Assembly (NCBI GenBank): GCA_951406725.2
Contig: OX597816.1
Location: 103,292,001-103,356,000, forward strand
Source: Octopus vulgaris
Taxonomy: Eukaryota
Length of the DNA: 64,000 nt
Direction: 5' to 3'
In this document: in pieces, positions 42,445 to 55,025 of the stretch
Layout of the letters: every line of letters starts with the position of its first letter
Numbering within the stretch: position 1 is the first letter of the stretch
Program-made: the position numbers and the translations under genes
The notes under the pieces: model-generated
What the model was told of the DNA's origin: nothing
The model's input: only the letters and a program-made list of their open reading frames with translations
The model's database searches: none

Positions 42445-43030
42445 TTGGTTTTAAATTTTAGTACAAGGCCAGCAATTTCGCGGGAGAGTCCTAGTCGATT
42501 ACATCATTCGCAGCGCTCAGCTGGTACATATTTTATGGACACCTAAATGATAAAAAGAAAGGCCGACCTTGGTGGGAGCTGAATTCAGAACGTAATGACT
42601 CACGAATTGCCGCCAAACAGTGCTAACGATTCTTTTCTATTGTAGGCACAAGGCCTGAAATTTTGAAGAGGTGGCTAGTCTATTACATCGATCCCAGTGT
42701 TTCACTGGTACTTAATTTGTTAACCTCGAAAGGATGAACGGCAAAGTCGACGGCGGCGGAATTCGAACTCAGAACGTGGCGACAGATGAAATACCTATTT
42801 CTTTATTATCCACAAGGGGCTAAACATAGAGGGGACAATCAAGGACAGACAAAAGTATTAAGTCGATTACATCGACCCTAGTGCGTAACTGGTACTTAAT
42901 TTATCGACCTCCAAAGGATGAAGGGCAAAGTCGACCTCGGCGGATTTTGAACTCAGAACGTAACGGCAGACAAAATACCGCTATGCATTTCGCCCGGCAT
43001 TCTAACGTTTCTGCCAGCTCGCCGTCTTAA
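42445..43030 (-). mobile_element. SINE family A dimer (~42635-43030) plus adjacent monomer
   Basis: Same two-core architecture as 45756-46153, on the opposite strand. Confidence 0.85.
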
Positions 43031-43727
43031 TGTAATTCGACGTATATTAATATCATGTTTCGATAGAAAATGAGATGTTCACAGGCTCAGCTGATTTTGA
43101 TCAATTAGTCTGCTGACAACAACAGCAAAACAACACACCACCACTACCATCATCAATAATGTCACAGCGTTCCTCCTTTACCTGTCTGCTATGATTTTCA
43201 TACATACAACTCACTCAGAATATGGCATAAGCAATGCCAAAGAAAGTTTCGGTTTTCAGCAACTCTTCACTGCTTGGCGTGTCGTTGTTGTTGTTGATGC
43301 TGCTGTTGTTGCTGTTCTTGTTGATGCTGTTGTTGTCTTCGTCGTCGTCACCACCACCACCACCACCACCACCACCACCACCACCACTGTTACCGCTTCC
43401 CCACCATTATTATTACTATTATGACTGATGTTGTTCTTTTGGTTACAACTATTACTACTACTACTACTACTACTACTACTAGTAGTAGTAGTAGTAGTAG
43501 TACTAAGGTTCTTTAGAGCATCGGAAAAATTGTCTTGTGGTATTACATTCGGTTCTTTACATTTTGAGTTCAATTCCCGCCGAGAACAATTTTGCATTTT
43601 TGCTTTCGGGGGATGGATTGGGATGGGGGCTGATAAAATGAAATACCAGTTATATGCTGAGGTCGGTGGTATTGATATCGGTTACCTGCTCCCTTTCAAA
43701 ATTGTTCACCTTGTACTTAAATCAGAA

Positions 43728-43774
<47 letters not shown>

Positions 43775-44276
43775 CACTGCTGCTGCTGCTGCTACTGCTG
43801 CTGCTGCTGCCGCTGTTCCTTTTACAGGAGCTGCTACTGTTGATGCTGCTGTTGCTGCTACAGTATGAATATGTGACCTTGTCCCTCAGTTAGAATTCGT
43901 TATTGGCGTTGCAGGTAGGAAATCATCTCGCAGTTTCACAGTTCCAAATCTATCTGGGTCAGCTTAGTATTTCATCTTTATGTGATCGATAAAAATCAAT
44001 AAAATCAACACCATAATCATCATGATACATAGAATTGGATATGGGTGGGGTATATGTCAGTTGTATATATGCGCTGTGAGCGTTGCGTGCGTGCGTGCGT
44101 CTGCGTTCAGAAACGGAACAAGTAAAAGCGAGTAAAGAGAAATAGAAATGTGTAATAGGCAGCTGGAGGAGAGAGAAAATCATTGCTATAGATAAATAGA
44201 TAAAGGTAGTTCATCTAGCTAGATGTATGCATATGTATGTGGGGTTCAGCAGAAATAAGCACCGTTATGAAGAACG

Positions 44277-44308
<32 letters not shown>

Positions 44309-44609
44309 AGAAGAAGAGAAAGAGCAGACGACATCCTGTAGTACCCTGGGAAGAACAGAAACAGACGACATAACATCCTATTTTACCTGTTCTGTCTTAT
44401 GTTATATAGATGGAAGTTTAGCTTGATTTTGGTTATAATATTTCGAATTAATATATACATATTTTTAATTAATATATATATGTATTTAATTAGAGGATAT
44501 GTTAAGCTCGTGAAGGGATATTTGCATCCAAGGAAATACTGGTTCAGTACCTTGTATTTTTTTGGGAAAGAAATTTCCTTAAAGCAATAGGCATATATTA
44601 AGCATATAA

Positions 44610-44826
44610 TTTATATCCATTTATAAGAAGAAAAGAAAATGAAGATGAGGAAGTTAATAATTGTTTATTATTAAAAAATTGGCCAGCTTCGTTTCTTACA
44701 GCCAAATAATAAACAATTATTAGTTTATTATCTGGCTGTCACAAGTGAAGATGACCAATTTGTTTATAATAATGAATTATTAACTTCCTTATCTCCATTT
44801 TTTCTTTTCTTCTTTTAATGTATAAA
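44610..44826. repeat. ~215-bp imperfect palindrome (fold-back element)
   Basis: The left arm (agaagaaaagaaaa..gaggaagttaataatt..aattggcca.cttc..acagccaaataataaac) pairs with the right arm around a centre at ~44718. Confidence 0.85.
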
Positions 44827-45755
44827 CACACACACACATACATACATATATATGTACATACATATATATGCATATATATGTATATATGCATACATATATA
44901 TAGTCAAATATACATAGACATACATACACACATATAGGGAGAGAGAGAGAGAGACAGACAGACAGACATCCACATATTAAAAGGGACTGACATAGTAGGG
45001 ATATGAGTGTGTGTGAATATAGGTGGTATCCGTCATTCAGCTATAATGATTGTGTTTTACTATCAACTGAATTGCTTACTTCTGAAAAATGTGTAAGTAG
45101 CAGAGTATTCTGCAAAAATATGTACTCTTGCGCCGAATCAACGCGATCAACATTGTGCATGGGAATATTGTAGTCTTTGAACTACAGGCACAATCCACCC
45201 GAGAGGCTTTTGTACAGTTTCCGGCTTTGCAATTTCACTACTAAGTTTGGGTCAATCTGAGGTAATAAAAAATTACTCTTGCCCAAGCTGCCACCTTCTG
45301 GGATCAAAACCAGGACCTCCTTGCTGCAAAGAGAACTTCTTAAACATGCGGCCATATTGCACTTACAGGCAGACAGACAGACATACAGACAGACATACAG
45401 ACACACACACACACACTGACACACACACACATACATATATAAAGAGAATGAGGGAGAGTAGGAGGGACAGAGGGAGAGAGTGACTGAGACCGTTCGCTAG
45501 ATAGACGTAAGTATATGAATAAACATGTTGCAATACGTATATTAGGTTTGCACTGATGAAGATGGGTTTAAACTAGGATATCAGGCCAGATGTAGACCTT
45601 AATCCAAGCAAGGGAAGAATCACTGTAAACATTAATTATGAAAAGATCAGTTCTATGTACACATTCAATGGCTATATATTTCATCATTTTAAATTTGCTT
45701 TTCAAGAATTATTTTCATCTGAAACCGTGTGCTGAAACCAATATTATTATATTTC

Positions 45756-46153
45756 AAGGCGGCGAGCTGGCAGAATCGTTAGCACGCCGGGCGAAATGTG
45801 TAGCCGTATTTCGTCTGCCGCTACGTTCTGAGTTCAAATTCCGCCGAGGTCGACTTTGCCTTTCATCTTTTCGGGGTCGATTAAATAAGTACCAGTTACG
45901 CACTGGGGTCGATATAATCGACTCATTCCATTTGTCTGTCCTTGTTTGTCCCCTCTGTGTTTAGCCCCTTGTGGGTAATAAAGAAATAGGTATTTCGTCT
46001 GTCTTTGTGTTCTGATTTCAAATTCTACCGAGGTTGACTTTGCCTTTTATTCTTTCCGGGTTAATAAGTTAAGTATCACTTGCGTACTGGGGTCGATCTA
46101 ATCGACTGGTTCCCTCCCCGGAAATTTCGGGCCTTGTGCTTAGAGTAGAAAAG
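45756..46153 (+). mobile_element. Dimeric SINE family A with 16-bp TSD
   Basis: TSD aatattattatatttc at 45740-45755 and 46154-46169; head + core + spacer + second core + tail. Confidence 0.92.
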
Positions 46154-46427
46154 AATATTATTATATTTCGGAAGTCATACTAATAAAGCTTATAAACTCT
46201 CAAGTAGTTTGTCAATATTTTTTCTTTTCCACGAAATATTTTCACTACACAAAACTCGTGGCCTAATTAATGGACATATATTTTTATATGCTTTGGAGTT
46301 TCAACTGATTTTATTCACACTATATCTGTATACCAAGTATTGAAGCGGTGATATGTTACTGCATTGGTGTTATTTCTTATTTTGTATTGTTTTATTGCTG
46401 CTCATATAAGAACACTTGTATGTATGC

Positions 46428-46460
<33 letters not shown>

Positions 46461-47769
46461 TGTATGTATGTATGTATGTATGTATGTATGTATGTATGTA
46501 TGTATGTATGTGACTGACTTTGTTAGCTTTAACCTTCTTGCACCTTTTTTCTTAATTATTGTGGTGATGGGTTGAGGTAGGTGGCGTTTTTACACCATTC
46601 ATTTTTTTTTATGTTGAGTGTATATTAACGAGGTTTCTGCTTCCTGTAATGTGTCAATGTTAGATTTCTGGATGTTTGGGAGCTGTTGTGTTTCTGTGCG
46701 GAAGATTGATAAAATAGTGTTATTTGCTTTTCATTATATTCTGTCTAGTGGCCTGCAACACTTTCACATAAATTGCAGGTTATTTCTCCTATATAGATTG
46801 CAGTAGTATTCAAATACCTTACAATTTTAACACTGATACACAACATCAAAAATACAAATGTAAACACGTAAACAACTATTAGAGTAATATACAAGCGGAC
46901 ATATATAGATGTAAATATAGATGTAACATCTGTTTTATCATTACCACCGACGTATGCTTTATACAAGAAGGCACACTGTAAATAACTTTCAGGCCACAAA
47001 TAAAAACATATCTTTACTGTTTAGGCTTAGAAAGGATCATGAACTTGCCCCTCATCCATTTACTGAACACCAGCCTGACCAGTTTCTAAACAGGTCCAGA
47101 AACTACAGGCCGTCATATTTCCTCACAATCGTCATATGCCCAGTAATAGAAGTATCTCCAGATGTCTTCGATAACACTGAAAATCCCCTCTGTAGAAACA
47201 GTGACGGTGATCACTCTTATGATCTTACAGATGACCGCATGATAGGTGAACTGTATATAATATCAGTACATCCATCAAATGATATTGATTTTACCGTACA
47301 AAAAATGTGAAGAGATAATTTGTGAGTGTTCAGCAAAGTTGATACCAACGAACTTCTCATAAAACTTACATGTGATAATGGATACTTCAACACAATCCGA
47401 AAAAGTTTTGCTCTACCAGACCAGAACAAATAGACCAGATACCATTATTTCGGCAGTAAAGTAAAATCACAACCTAAAGCTTCTTAAAAAAGATACAATG
47501 GATAATGCCTTACATATATTATATTCTGACCTCTGATCATAGATATGTTTGATCAATGCTGACATTAAGCTACTCGACAACCATAAACACTACTTCAATT
47601 TTTACTTCCAGTTCGATTGTTAGTATCATAGACCATTACTAATTTACCAACTGTGATCGCTATCCTTTGTAGCCGTTACCGCAGGCTCGTTGTAGCGATT
47701 AAATTATTTGTCTGCTTCAAAGTTTAAGCAGATTTTATGTCTATGTAAGTAATCATTCAGAGGGTAGTG

Positions 47770-49190
47770 GGAAGCAAATAATACATGTGACATCATCAAG
47801 GGACACTGTTGTGTAATGCTAAACTGCATTTCTCGCTGAATTTAACAGTTTTTCCATTTGCTTTTGGGTCAGAGCCTACGTCTGTCTATAAATATGGATC
47901 TTTGCGCCAACTTGAAGCAGATGCTGAAAAAATGCTACTAGAATATTGTAAAACATTGCTGAACAAGAAAGGCAATATGCACACCGCTGATTTTTGCCTT
48001 GTACAAAGTGAAAAATCAAAACCATATTTTCTTCATTCTTTAAAAGAGTAAAAGAGTTATACATATTAATTTTAACGTCGAGTGAGCTGCATGTTTTATT
48101 CATGGCAACTCAAATATCCATCCATCCTTTTTCCCAATGATCAACGGCAGAAAGAGCTTAGAACATCTCCTTCGTAAGACCATCTTGGATTAGAGAATCC
48201 AAGATGGTCTTACGAAGGAGATGTTCTAAGACGTCAAGGAAAGTGTTTACGGCTTAGATGCAATTTCTCATCAAGATAATTGAAAGTAGTTCACCAAATC
48301 TAGCAAATGAAGATGCAGAAATATTGTTGCATGGTATCGGCTTTGAGTTTCTTCCTTGCCTTGAATACTGCAACTGTAGTATTCATTGAGACAACTATTG
48401 CATCAACTGTTTTTGATCACCTAGACATTGATTTGCAAGCAGCATCTACAATCACTCATGGTGTCCTATAGAGACTTAATGAGTTGAGGACTGAAAACAA
48501 AAAGTTCAGATAATATACCAGGATGTAACACAAATACAAGATGTAGATATTGCTGTTCCAGTGGAAACGTTTGGTTAGAGTAGATGAACGAAAGTGCCAA
48601 GAAGAGATTCAAGTGGTTCAAATTTAGCTGTATGTCTGCAACATCAGCTCAAAACTTGTATTACACATTTGTACATACACTCGTTCAAGAAATTAGGACA
48701 TTTCAACGAAAGAAGGAAATAACACAAGAAATTCCATAGCCAAACTGTGTCACTAAACTGAAAGGCAAATGGAGACATGGCAATATGTAGTAAAGTTATA
48801 TATTCAAATACTCTCTGAAAGTTCTATGGCTAGAAGAAAACAACAAAATTTTGATAGTATGAATGGGCTTTTACACCTCTTTACCAAAAAGATCTGTGAT
48901 CCAATTGTAAGGTAGAAAATGATGCTAATTATGTCTTCTCTCTCATGTACGACTTGCATACAGTCTATGAATATTTTCAGTAACAACAGCAGCTGTGGAG
49001 AGCTCCTTCTCCAAGTTCGAGCTCATTATATATATATATATATATATATATATGACGGAGATGTGTTGATAAGAGAAACATTCCGATCTCATGTTGCTTA
49101 GCATTGACGAATACATCCCCATTGATAATTAAGAAGTAAATATTTTGAAGCACATTGCCAACAAGAGAATGCTATTTTTATTAACTAAAA
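47770..49190 (+). pseudogene. Decayed hAT transposase (ZMYM1-like, Dimer_Tnp_hAT C-terminus)
   Basis: DAEKMLLEY, LENPRWS (cf. TRW motif), DIDLQAA...LNELRTE, VTTAAVESSFSKFEL (48980-49024) and SDLMLLSIDE; stops, frameshifts and a (TA)n insertion. Confidence 0.8.
48157..48230. repeat. Perfect inverted repeat, 35-bp arms with 4-nt loop
   Basis: cttagaacatctccttcgtaagaccatcttggatt-agag-aatccaagatggtcttacgaaggagatgttctaag. Confidence 0.97.
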
Positions 49191-49857
49191 CATATCAGCT
49201 TCTTTATTCCTAAGTATGCACTTCATTGCAGATAAGAATATAAATTTTGCTTTTTCTATTTTATAATAAGAGTCTATGTCTCTTCTGTTGACACTTAAAA
49301 TCTATGACCATCATATTAAACATCCCACAGGGTATTTCTATAAATCTGTAATATGTAGATTTACATTATTCCATATTTAAATGCAAACACCGGAGAACAC
49401 TATCAGAAAATTGAAATAATTGTAATTTGTATGATGTGCAAGATACAAGCCAATATATAAAAAAAATTATAATAATTGCAGTTTAACTACAATATTTCAA
49501 TATCTCAATATCTTTTGAAAATCTTGTAATAAAAACAACTTTTTATTATATTTTCTTTAAACAATTTTATATATAAAAATAATTTATTGAACTTAATGGA
49601 ACTGAAGTATAATTACGACATACAATTTATCATGTATGTATGTATGTATGTATGTATGTATGTATGTATGTATGTATGTATGTATGTATGTATGTATGTA
49701 TGTATGTATGTATGTATGTATGCATGCATATATGTATGTATGAATGTATGTGGATAAATATGTAAACGTACGCACATATATGTACATATGCATATATGTG
49801 TGTCTGTGTGTATGCGTGTGTGTATGTATGTGTATGTATGTATGTCCATCGGTCTAT

Positions 49858-49944
<87 letters not shown>

Positions 49945-49959
49945 CTCATACATACATAA

Positions 49960-50000
<41 letters not shown>

Positions 50001-50007
<7 letters not shown>

Positions 50008-50217
50008 CAATCGACTATCGCAAGTGTTACGTTCCAAAACCCACCGTGATAGGTGAAAATCCGTGAATTTGAAACAGTACTGTACTGTATATTTTTTAAA
50101 ATTATTTTTATAATTTGTATATATTTATCTTATAAATGCAAAACACCACGGAGGAATCGACGTAAGCTTAAATAATAAACCGCGATAGGTGAACGGCGAT
50201 ATGGCGAGTGATTACTG
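50001..50217. mobile_element. Tigger/pogo-like MITE
   Basis: Termini cagtaatcaatcgactatcgc / gcgatatggcgagtgattactg followed by TA; subterminal (g)cgataggtgaa-like motif repeated. Confidence 0.75.
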
Positions 50218-50259
50218 TATGTATGCATGCATGCATGTATGTGTGTGTGTGTGTATGGT

Positions 50260-50420
50260 GCAAACAAAAGCGAAGACGAGGTAAAAGAAATAGACTAACA
50301 AACAGTAAGTTTTAGGTTTACGCTCAGGAAAACTTGAAGGAAGTGTCTTTTTCTGTTTCGAGCATACATTCTTCTACAGAAAGAAAAGACGAAGAGTGCT
50401 AAAAAAGAGAAAAGAACAAA
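50260..50420 (-). mobile_element. Degenerate Penelope-like family 2 terminal repeat
   Basis: Reverse complement cttt-CTGTAGA-agaatgtatgctc-GAAAC; cgaagac.. and acgctc.ggaa similarity to the other copies. Confidence 0.55.
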
Positions 50421-51139
50421 CGTGTTTCAATTTGTCGTTCATGCTTTTAGAAACTGGCTAATGGCATGAAGGAAAAATTCACTCATGATTTCGGAACCAT
50501 AAGTTATCTATCGTACCTATTTTGTATGAAATTTCTGCTTTTTGTCTCTACCATATAGACAATAGTCACACTTCTAAAACGTTTATTTCTCTTCAATATG
50601 CCATTGAATTCTTTAAACTTTATTTGCTTTAGCTTGTACACATTTAGTCATGTTATCTATTTGATTGAACCCATATATATATAACGCTCTTAGTTTAGAA
50701 ATAAACTATTTAAGTAATTTCGAAACCTTTGAAAGGTATATGTTTGGAGTCGACGCCAGTTTATAAACGACACCGCTTTTCCATTCGAGTGTTGAAAAAG
50801 GACTGCAAGCTAACCTCAACTATAAAAAACTGGATTAAAGGCAGCCCCATTCTTAGTCACCGACTGATCATATGGGAGAACTCGTAGAAACAACACAAGG
50901 CCCCGGAATCTATGAAATAACATTTTTCTTTTCAATCCTGTTTTACTGCTCTCTCATAGAGGCATCCCTTATTCTTGTTAAATATCTCATTAAACAATTT
51001 GGAATAGTCTTGCTTCACTTCTTTATAGATTAAGATGTTTCCAAACAACCATGTGTTTGCCTGTCTGTCTCTTTGACACAAACACACACACTCTCTCTCT
51101 CTCTGGATGTATATATATATATATGTGTGTGTCAATATT

Positions 51140-51350
51140 TTTTCTACTATAGGCACGAGGCCTGAAATTTGGTGGGAGGGGACTAATCGATTACATCGAA
51201 TCTAGTACTCTACTGGTACTTATTTTATCGACCTCGAAAGGATGAAAGGCAAAGTCAACCTCGGCGGAATTTGAACTCTGAACGTGAAGACGGACGAAAT
51301 GCTGTTAAGCATCTCGTCCAGTCTGCTAACGATTCAGCAAGCTCGCCAGC
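51140..51350 (-). mobile_element. SINE family A monomer
   Basis: Complete head, core and tail motifs. Confidence 0.85.
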
Positions 51351-52193
51351 TGTGTGTGTATCAATAATAATATAAATAAAACTAGTACGATCAAAACATA
51401 TAAAAGATGACGTAGGGAGACAGTACGAATTGTAATAACCGAATATATTAGGTGGCTGCACAGTATATGATAGTAAAAGAAATACGCCATAGAAAATCTA
51501 ATAGACTATAACATCAAAACCTAAACTAATTAGCAATTGGCAAGAAAAGGTCACGAGTCCTCTCCATCAAAATAAACATATGGCTGATAGATACAAAAAA
51601 CTGAATAATAACAAGATTAAATAAACCTGTGTTGAGGATATATTAGAAATGAAAACTTAATGTTAATCTAATAAAATGGTAAATAAAGATTATGAGGATA
51701 GAAAATGTCATACCAACAAATTGGGTATCCATAATATTTATTAGATATATGAACAAATACAACGAACTATCTATCCATATTAACATATTAATAATTACAA
51801 ATAATATTAATACTAGTAACAACAGTATGAATAACAATACTGATGATAAAAATAGCAATAGCATAAGAACAACTACAATGAAATACCTAACAATATAAAT
51901 ATATTAAATTAAGAACGCAGAAAAATAATTAAAGAACCTGATACACGAACGGTAGTATAAAATAGTAGTAACTGAATGAAAGTTCTGACTACCCTGGAAG
52001 CAACAACGATTAATTTGTGTATCTGCACCCGATATATATATATAAATATATATATATTGCAGGCAGGGGAGCGAACCCCTACCAGCCTCCAGCGACGGGA
52101 CTATCAGACCGTACGGTTTCGATCTATTTGTTCTCATCTTCAGTGGTGGATGATAAACGTTACTATACATACATACATACATACATACATACA

Positions 52194-52227
<34 letters not shown>

Positions 52228-52826
52228 CATACATACATACATACATACATACATACATACATACATACATACATGCATACATACATACGTACATACATAT
52301 ATATATATGACATTGTGGGTTTCATTTAAACTTATAATATCAGAACAGTGCCTATTTTTTCAACGAAGACACCTCTCAATCTCAGTCTGTGCCCATCATT
52401 GTTCACTAGTACCTTTCGTCATCGACTGCGGAAGGATGAAACGCAAACTCAACCTCAAACCAGGGCGTAAGTCACGTAACTAAATACCGAAGGGATTTTC
52501 TACGAAGATTTCCAAACAATAGCATGAAATTGCAAATGAATCTAAAATGGTAAGTAATCATTGAAGATAATGTTAGTTCGTGAGTGTGAGATATCTGAAT
52601 AGCAAAGGATTTAGAATATTTTCGTGCTATTTTTGTTGCTTTGTACATAGGTCGTTTTTAAAACACTTATCTACAAATCTGCTTATTAGGAGAAAATATT
52701 GAAAAAAATTTGGGATTTTGATTTATTAAAATATTTGTAAGTAACAAAACTAAAATGGTCCCTATGAAATATTGAAACAGAAGCTAAGAGAAGTATATAT
52801 TACCATGTGTTGAAAATAGAAGATTA

Positions 52827-53176
52827 AAAGGGTAAAGACCCCCTTCGGTCATGAATGACCATGGGATTGCACCTAGAAAGTTACCCTCCTAGACACAAGT
52901 CCGGGCAAGGTTGTTTATGGAAGGCCAGCAGTCGCCCATGCATACCAGCCTCCCCTCTCCGCACCACCAGTGTTATCCAAGGGAAAGGCAACAGCAGATA
53001 CAGCTTGGCACCTGTGACGTTGCAACTCATTTCTACAGCTGAGTGAACTGGAGCAACGTGAAATAAAGTGCCTTGCTCGAGAACACAACACGCAGCCCGG
53101 TCCGGGATTCGAGCTCACAACCTCACGATCGTAAGCTCGACGCTCTAACCACTGAGCCATACGCCTTCACATGGCC
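52827..53176 (-). mobile_element. Full-length tRNA(Arg)-like SINE with 10-bp TSD
   Basis: Head ggcgtatggctcagtggttagagcgtcgagcttACGatcgtgaggttgtgagctcgaatcccgg; TSD tagaagatta at 52817-52826 and 53177-53186. Confidence 0.9.
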
Positions 53177-54297
53177 TAGAAGATTAGATTTCTTATTATC
53201 ATAGTCGTAAATTGAAATTGAAAAATAATGCAACAACATTACAAACATTAAGCGGAAAACAAAAGTTTTATGGATTAAAGATAGTTTCAAGACAAGTAAA
53301 AAAAAAAAACAGGTTAAGTTGATAAATATACACTAAAGATAACAACGAATTTGTATTCTAAATATATATACTGACAAGATGATAAACGAAAAAGAAACAG
53401 GAAAACGATAAAGAGCTGAAATAAAGGGAGATAACCGGAATAGAACGCCGAAAGATGTTAATAATGGAAGATTGTTTAATTAGTTATATAAGCTCTAGGT
53501 TTTTAAGTTGAAGAATAAACTGTTGTATAACTCATTCAATTCTTTGTATCATTTATCGTAATATAAATATACTCTTCAGATAGGCACCAGTAATTATTGA
53601 TGTAGACTTAGAATAAGGTTAAAAGCACTCTTTTTAGGCAATTTTTTAAGAAACATTGCACTTCACAGGCATCCTGATATAGAAGTATTTGGTTGCTTAA
53701 AGTGCATCCCTAAATATATTTTGCTATAAATGGAAGCATAATAATAAGAAAGCTAGAAATTAGAAAACATAATGAATCGTAATTGCTGTAGTCGTTATTT
53801 TTACGCGTATGGACGTCATTAGCTTCGTAATCGAATTACTATCAATTGATAACATTTCAAGCATGATTAATATTTGTACAATTGTACATTTATACAATTA
53901 TGAGGGCAGTGGACTGACAGGATTGGTGAAGCGGGAAGCAAGATGCCTTGCGGTATTTAGTTGTCTACCTTTCCATTCTGAGTTCAATATCCACAGGTCA
54001 CTTAGCCTTTCATCTTTCCGAGTTCGATAAAATATGAGTCAATTTAAGTACTGAGTTTATCTAATTGTCTATACTCCTTCCCTAAATTTGAGGAGTTTTG
54101 TCTGTGTAAAAAATCAATATTTCTACAATCGGTAGTGAATAGGCGAAATCGATATTAGCATCAGACATAATATGTTGCTGTATTTAACTACTCTTTGCTC
54201 TCTGATTTCAAATCCTGCCGAAATCAGTTTTGTGTTTTATACCGATGTTTTAATTTAATGAAGTACCAGTCAAGTACTGCAATTAAATTTGATCGTC

Positions 54298-54731
54298 GGA
54301 TCTTTTCGGTTTGAACGGCAGTTTTTTCTAGCGGTGTCATATGAAATTGTCACCCATAATTATGACCCTAGTATCGATCTATTGCATTTCAATCTATTTT
54401 AGGGTTAGTTAGGGTTAGGGTTAGGGTTAGGGGTGGGGGGAAGGGTATCTTTTTTTCTTCACAAATATAAATAAACCCAATCTGTTTTTTAAACGAGGGA
54501 CATATTATTCATACGTCACAAAATGTTGTTTACCTCAATAGACGTCAGTGATTGGTTGAAATTGCAAAAATGGAAGAAAAAACAACAAATATCTTACAAA
54601 CTATAGAATTTTCTCAATAAAGCCAAGAGAAAAAGATGTTTTATAAACACATTCTACCAGTATACGAAGTTTAAAATATTTTAGTTACCTAGAAATTATG
54701 TTAAAAACTGCCGTTCAAACCGAAAAGATCC
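54298..54731. mobile_element. Young Merlin-like MITE with internal telomeric repeats
   Basis: Perfect 29-bp TIR ggatcttttcggtttgaacggcagttttt; perfect 8-bp TSD tgatcgtc (54290-54297, 54732-54739); (TTAGGG)n at ~54399-54432. Confidence 0.9.
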
Positions 54732-54797
54732 TGATCGTCTGTTTTCCACCCAGCGAAAATATTTCAAGTTTTCCTATGTTAGCCACTCATAATATAT

Positions 54798-55025
54798 ATT
54801 TCTTTATTGCCTACAAGGAGTTAAACATAGAGGGGACAAACAAGGACAGACAAACGGATTAAGTCGATTACATCGACTCCAGTGCGTAACTGGTACTTAA
54901 TTTATCGACCCCGAAAGAATGAAAGGCAAAGTCGACCTCGGCGGAATTTGAACTCACGACGTAACGACAGACGAAATACGGCTACGCATTTCGCCCGGCC
55001 TGCTAACGTTTCTGCCAGCTCGCCG
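54798..55025 (-). mobile_element. SINE family A (first unit plus spacer of the dimer)
   Basis: Matches 45756-45985 in reverse orientation. Confidence 0.85.

Noticed and set aside
53095-53168. tRNA-Arg(ACG) gene
   Set aside because: It continues into a SINE body with a TSD and has homologous copies in the window, so it is a SINE head
54399-54432. True telomere or chromosome-fusion scar
   Set aside because: Only a few repeats, internal to a TIR- and TSD-bounded element
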